Origin: Gemmatimonadota bacterium
GTDB lineage: Bacteria; Gemmatimonadota; Gemmatimonadetes; Gemmatimonadales; GWC2-71-9
Assembly: GCA_029863245.1 (NCBI GenBank)
Contig: JAOTVV010000015.1
Span: forward strand, 5,280 to 69,279
Length of the DNA stretch: 64,000 nucleotides
Direction of reading: 5' to 3'
The translations under genes were made by a program, and so were the position numbers. Below the pieces are notes generated by a model, which saw only the letters and a list, made by a program, of their open reading frames with translations, did not search any database and was not told the DNA's origin. This document shows positions 60,607 through 64,000 of this stretch, one piece after another. Numbering within the stretch: position 1 is the first letter of the stretch; each line of letters begins with the position of its first letter.

Positions 60607-61440
60607 ATGACCGTGCGTATCGCGCTCGCCCAGCGTGCAGCCACTGACAACCACGACCTCAACCTCCGCGGAGCGCTCAGGACGATGGAGGAGGCCGCGC
60701 AGCGCGGGGCGCAGTTCTTCTGCGTCCCGGAGCTCGCTCTCACACCGTTCTTTCCGCAGTACGCGCGGCACTCCCACGCGCAGGCCTACGCGGAGCCCAT
60801 TCCGGGACCCACGACCGATCGGGTGGCTGCCAGAGCACGCGAGCTCGGTTTAGTGACCGTGTTCAACTTGTACGAGCAGGCGGGTGATCGGTATTTCGAC
60901 AGCTCGCCCGTGATCGATGCGGACGGCACGATCCTCGGCGTCACGCGGATGGTTCACATCACGGATTACGCCTGCTTTCACGAGCGTGCCTACTATGCGG
61001 AGGGTGACCGCGGAGCCCCCGTCTACGATACGGCGGTCGGCCGTGTAGGCGTCGCCATCTGCTACGACCGCCACTACCCCGAGTACATGCGGGCCCTCGG
61101 CGTCGGCAGGGCCGAGCTCGTCGTCATTCCGCAGGCCGGGACACCGGACGAGTGGCCGGACGGCATGTACGAAGCGGAGGTGCGAACCGCGGCGTTCCAG
61201 AACGGCTACTTTGCCGCCCTGTGCAATCGGGTGGGGCACGAGGAGCGGCTGACGTTTGCCGGCGAGTCATTCGTGGTGAGCCCAACGGGCGAGGTCCTCG
61301 CCCGAGGCAAACGCCTCGACGAGGACCTCGTCATTGTCGACCTCGATCTCTCGGCCTGCGCCGCGTCGCCGGCACGAACGTTGTTCTGGAACGACCGTCG
61401 GCCCGAACTATACGGCGATTGGCTTCACCCCCGGTCGTGA
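60607..61440 (+). CDS. Carbon-nitrogen hydrolase (nitrilase superfamily) homolog lacking the canonical catalytic Lys
   Basis: The catalytic Glu context FFCVPELALTPFF and Cys context VGVAICYDRHYPE are present. At the expected Lys position the sequence reads GVTRMVHIT (Met, codon 60949-60951). The only Lys in the whole protein is in ARGKRLDE near the C-terminus. ATG 60607 is preferred; GTG 60601 is an alternative. Confidence 0.85.
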   Translation: MTVRIALAQRAATDNHDLNLRGALRTMEEAAQRGAQFFCVPELALTPFFPQYARHSHAQAYAEPIPGPTTDRVAARARELGLVTVFNLYEQAGDRYFDSSPVIDADGTILGVTRMVHITDYACFHERAYYAEGDRGAPVYDTAVGRVGVAICYDRHYPEYMRALGVGRAELVVIPQAGTPDEWPDGMYEAEVRTAAFQNGYFAALCNRVGHEERLTFAGESFVVSPTGEVLARGKRLDEDLVIVDLDLSACAASPARTLFWNDRRPELYGDWLHPRS

Positions 61441-64000
61441 TTCCCCACCGACACCACGGTACACCCCCGAGCCTTTGACCGATTCCTCGACGACGGGTCG
61501 GGAGAAGGTCCGCTTCACAAAGTCGTCGAAATCGTCCAGGAGCGAGTACATGACCGGGACGAGCACCAGCGTCACTAACGTGGCGAATGTCAGCCCCGCG
61601 ATCACCGCGATGGCCATCGGTCCCCACCAGGACGCCTGCTCACCGCCCCAGAAGAAGTCCGGCTGCAGCCGGCCGTAGAGACCCAGGAAGTCGATGTTCA
61701 GGCCGATGGCAAGCGGCACGAGCCCGAGCACCGTGGTCACGGCCGTGAGCATGACCGGCCGAAAACGGGTCATGCCCGCCCGCACGATCGCTTCCCGACG
61801 CTCCATCCCGTCGCGGACGCGCAAGATGTCGATGTAGTCGATCAGAATAATGGCGTTGTTCACGACGACCCCGGCCAGACTGATCACCCCGACGCCCGTC
61901 ATGATGATCCCGAACGGCATGCGGAACAACATCAGCCCGATCAGTACGCCGATCGTCGACAGAATCACCGAACTCAGGATGATCAGCGGCTTTGTGATCG
62001 AATCGAACTGGGTGATGAGAATGAACCCCATGAGGAGGATGGCGAGCATAAATGCGCCACCCAGGAACGCCTGCGACTCCTGCTGCTCCTCTTGCTGTCC
62101 GGCGTACCGCAGGCGATAGCCACTCGGCAGGGTAGCGGCAAAGTCCGCCAGCTCGATCTGGACCTCCGCCAGCACCGCATTGGCGTTGTATCCTGACCGG
62201 ACGTCCGACGAGACCGTCACCACGCGGTCGAGATCCTTCCGTCGCACGTCGCCGAGGCCAGTCCCGACGCGCCAGGTCGCGATCGACGACAGGGGAACCT
62301 GTCCGAAATCGCTCTGCACCGTCAGGTCCCCGAGAGAGGTGAGGTCGTCCCGGTAGGCCTTGGCGAGCCGCACGGTGATGTCGTACTCGTCCTTTCCATC
62401 CCGATACTTCGACGCTTCGGTCCCATTGATCGCGCTGCGGACGGTCGATCCCGCCTTGCGGGTGCTGAGTCCGTAGAAGGCCGCCTTCTCCCGGTCCACG
62501 TCGATCACGACTTCCGGGCGACCGCCCTCCATATCGCTCTCGAGTCCGTCGAGTTTCGCGAAGATATCCGAGTTCTGGAGCTGCTGGATTACCGCATCAC
62601 CGAACTGCTTCAGCCCCACGGGATCCGGCCCGCTGATCTCGATAGCGATGGGGAGGCCGGTCGGGGGACCCATGTCCGGCGATTCAACCGAGATCTCCGC
62701 CCCTGCCACCCCGCGTCCCACCGTTCCTCGGATGCTATCGAGGGTCTGGAACGCGTCCGCCGCCCGATCCTCATAGTCGAGGAAGTTCACGGCGACGGTC
62801 GCCAGGTGAGTGCCGCTGCCACCCGAGAAACCCGCCGTGACTCTCGAGCCGACCGTCGACACCACCGACTCGACGTCGTTCTTGCCGGGGATCGACCCCA
62901 GCTGTCGCTCGAGCGCCCGTGCGATCCGGTCGGCCTCCTCGACTCGCGTGCCCAGGGGGGCCTCAGCCTGCACGTATACGGTGGACGGCGGAATGTCCTC
63001 CGGGAAGAACTCGATCCCCGCATTGAGGAACCCGAACACGATGATCACGAAGACCAGCGAGAAACCGGCAGCCGTGACCATGCGCCAGCGATGGTTCAGT
63101 GCCCAGCGGAGCAGCACCTCGTAGCGATCGATGACCCGCGGCAGCCCCGTGCTCATGAACCAATGCCCTGCGGGGTGTCCGACGTAATGATGGAAGCCGT
63201 AGACCGCAGCTCCCGTGAGGAGCAGCAGCACCGCCGTCAGCCAATTCACGACCAACACCGCCAGCACCGTCAGCACGGCCATGCCGATCAGCAGCTTCCG
63301 GAGTCCGGGAGCGAGGCCGACCGGGGCGTCTTCGGTGTCCAGCATCCGGGCAGCGAGGGTCGGCAGAATCACAATTGCCACGAACAACGAGGACGACAGG
63401 GTGATGATCAGCGTATACGGGAGATACTTCATGAACTCCCCGGTGATGCCGGGCCAGAACAGCAGCGGGAAGAACACCGCCAACGTCGTAGCCGTCGACG
63501 CGATGATCGGGACTGCCACCTCACCTGTCGCGTACTTCGCCGCCCGCACCCGGTCGAACCGCCGCTCGCGGAAACGGTAGATGTTCTCGATCACGACGAT
63601 CGCGTTGTCGACGAGCATGCCCAAGGCCAGGATCAGGCTGAATAGCACGACCATGTTCATCGAGAACCCGGCCACCTGGATCACGCTGAACGAGATGAGC
63701 ATGGAGAGGGGGATGGCGAGCCCGACGAACGGCGCCGTCCGGACACCGAGCACGAAGACCAGAATCGCGATCACCAAGATGAGCCCCGAGATGATGTTGT
63801 TCTCGAGCGAACTCACCATTTTCTCGATCTCCTCCGATTGATCGGAGGTGATCTTGACCACCGTGCCCGGCGGGAAGTTCGCCTCCGCGTCGGCGAGGAC
63901 GCTCCTGACGGCACTGGCGGTCTCGATGATGTTCTTTCCGCTCCGCTTCACCACGGCGAGCGAGATCACCGAATTGCCGTCGAGACGTGCGAAGGAATCG
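61408..64000 (-). CDS. RND-family efflux transporter (AcrB/HAE1-like), 5' end cut by window edge
   Basis: The frame stays open to nt 64000 (upstream residues ...DSFARLDGNSVISLAVVKRSGKNIIE). Typical 12-TM RND organisation with two large periplasmic loops (VVLFSLILALGMLVDNAIVVIENI; VISLAGVVVNNAILIDY). The stop at 61408 overlaps the convergent hydrolase gene by 33 nt. Confidence 0.9.
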   Translation of the reverse strand, partial: DSFARLDGNSVISLAVVKRSGKNIIETASAVRSVLADAEANFPPGTVVKITSDQSEEIEKMVSSLENNIISGLILVIAILVFVLGVRTAPFVGLAIPLSMLISFSVIQVAGFSMNMVVLFSLILALGMLVDNAIVVIENIYRFRERRFDRVRAAKYATGEVAVPIIASTATTLAVFFPLLFWPGITGEFMKYLPYTLIITLSSSLFVAIVILPTLAARMLDTEDAPVGLAPGLRKLLIGMAVLTVLAVLVVNWLTAVLLLLTGAAVYGFHHYVGHPAGHWFMSTGLPRVIDRYEVLLRWALNHRWRMVTAAGFSLVFVIIVFGFLNAGIEFFPEDIPPSTVYVQAEAPLGTRVEEADRIARALERQLGSIPGKNDVESVVSTVGSRVTAGFSGGSGTHLATVAVNFLDYEDRAADAFQTLDSIRGTVGRGVAGAEISVESPDMGPPTGLPIAIEISGPDPVGLKQFGDAVIQQLQNSDIFAKLDGLESDMEGGRPEVVIDVDREKAAFYGLSTRKAGSTVRSAINGTEASKYRDGKDEYDITVRLAKAYRDDLTSLGDLTVQSDFGQVPLSSIATWRVGTGLGDVRRKDLDRVVTVSSDVRSGYNANAVLAEVQIELADFAATLPSGYRLRYAGQQEEQQESQAFLGGAFMLAILLMGFILITQFDSITKPLIILSSVILSTIGVLIGLMLFRMPFGIIMTGVGVISLAGVVVNNAIILIDYIDILRVRDGMERREAIVRAGMTRFRPVMLTAVTTVLGLVPLAIGLNIDFLGLYGRLQPDFFWGGEQASWWGPMAIAVIAGLTFATLVTLVLVPVMYSLLDDFDDFVKRTFSRPVVEESVKGSGVYRGVGGESRPGVKPIAV

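Noticed and set aside
1-64000. Search for CRISPR arrays, IS elements, integrases, prophage or defence-island signatures, and rRNA
   Set aside because: I noticed no regularly spaced direct repeats, no transposase/integrase/recombinase-like ORFs (also none next to the tRNA-Ala), no local drop in GC apart from short intergenic patches, and no rRNA-like sequence. The window looks like core chromosome.

Overview
High-GC (by eye about two-thirds G+C), almost gap-free bacterial chromosomal segment from a diderm organism (many lipoprotein/Sec/TAT signals, an OM beta-barrel, an RND pump). I support 49 protein-coding genes (two cut by the window edges), one tRNA-Ala(UGC), one terminator-like hairpin and one weak promoter candidate. 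I recognised no rRNA, CRISPR array, transposase, integrase or phage genes. Content in order: an HK-RR-HK two-component module (1-3415); sodA plus an OM beta-barrel; tRNA-Ala; ggt; glutamate dehydrogenase; a divergent pair of paralogous ~1000-aa BNR/Asp-box propeller proteins (8615-15214); a secreted-protease island with two large zinc metalloproteases, each followed by a small coupled lipoprotein (15304-22423); a PAP2 phosphatase divergent from a four-gene overlap-coupled spt-GNAT-SDR-PAP2(Aur1-like) operon, which I read as a candidate (phospho)sphingolipid pathway (22499-27467), followed by a lipoprotein and a Cys-rich YkgJ-like protein; a VIT-vWA protein co-oriented with an ECF sigma/anti-sigma pair; XdhC plus AhpD/CMD-like genes; a complete alternative complex III operon actABCDEF (35223-42552); a seven-gene tightly coupled minus-strand operon (family-5 SBP, GHMP kinase, heparinase II/III-like protein, trmJ, class-III aminotransferase, two amidohydrolases; 42784-51502) whose first start codon overlaps back-to-back the start of two ABC permease genes that lack ATPases; a GH38 alpha-mannosidase; a quinone oxidoreductase; a tandem pseudokinase-kinase Ser/Thr kinase followed by a GT4 glycosyltransferase and a C-N hydrolase that lacks the catalytic lysine; and a truncated RND transporter. 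The gene content and style (ACIII, BNR propellers, M6 protease, frequent GTG/TTG starts with ATGA/GTGA/TTGA overlaps) reminds me of Gemmatimonadota-like genomes, but that is only an impression. Many long ORFs in the supplied track are antisense or out-of-frame shadows typical of high-GC DNA and were not called.
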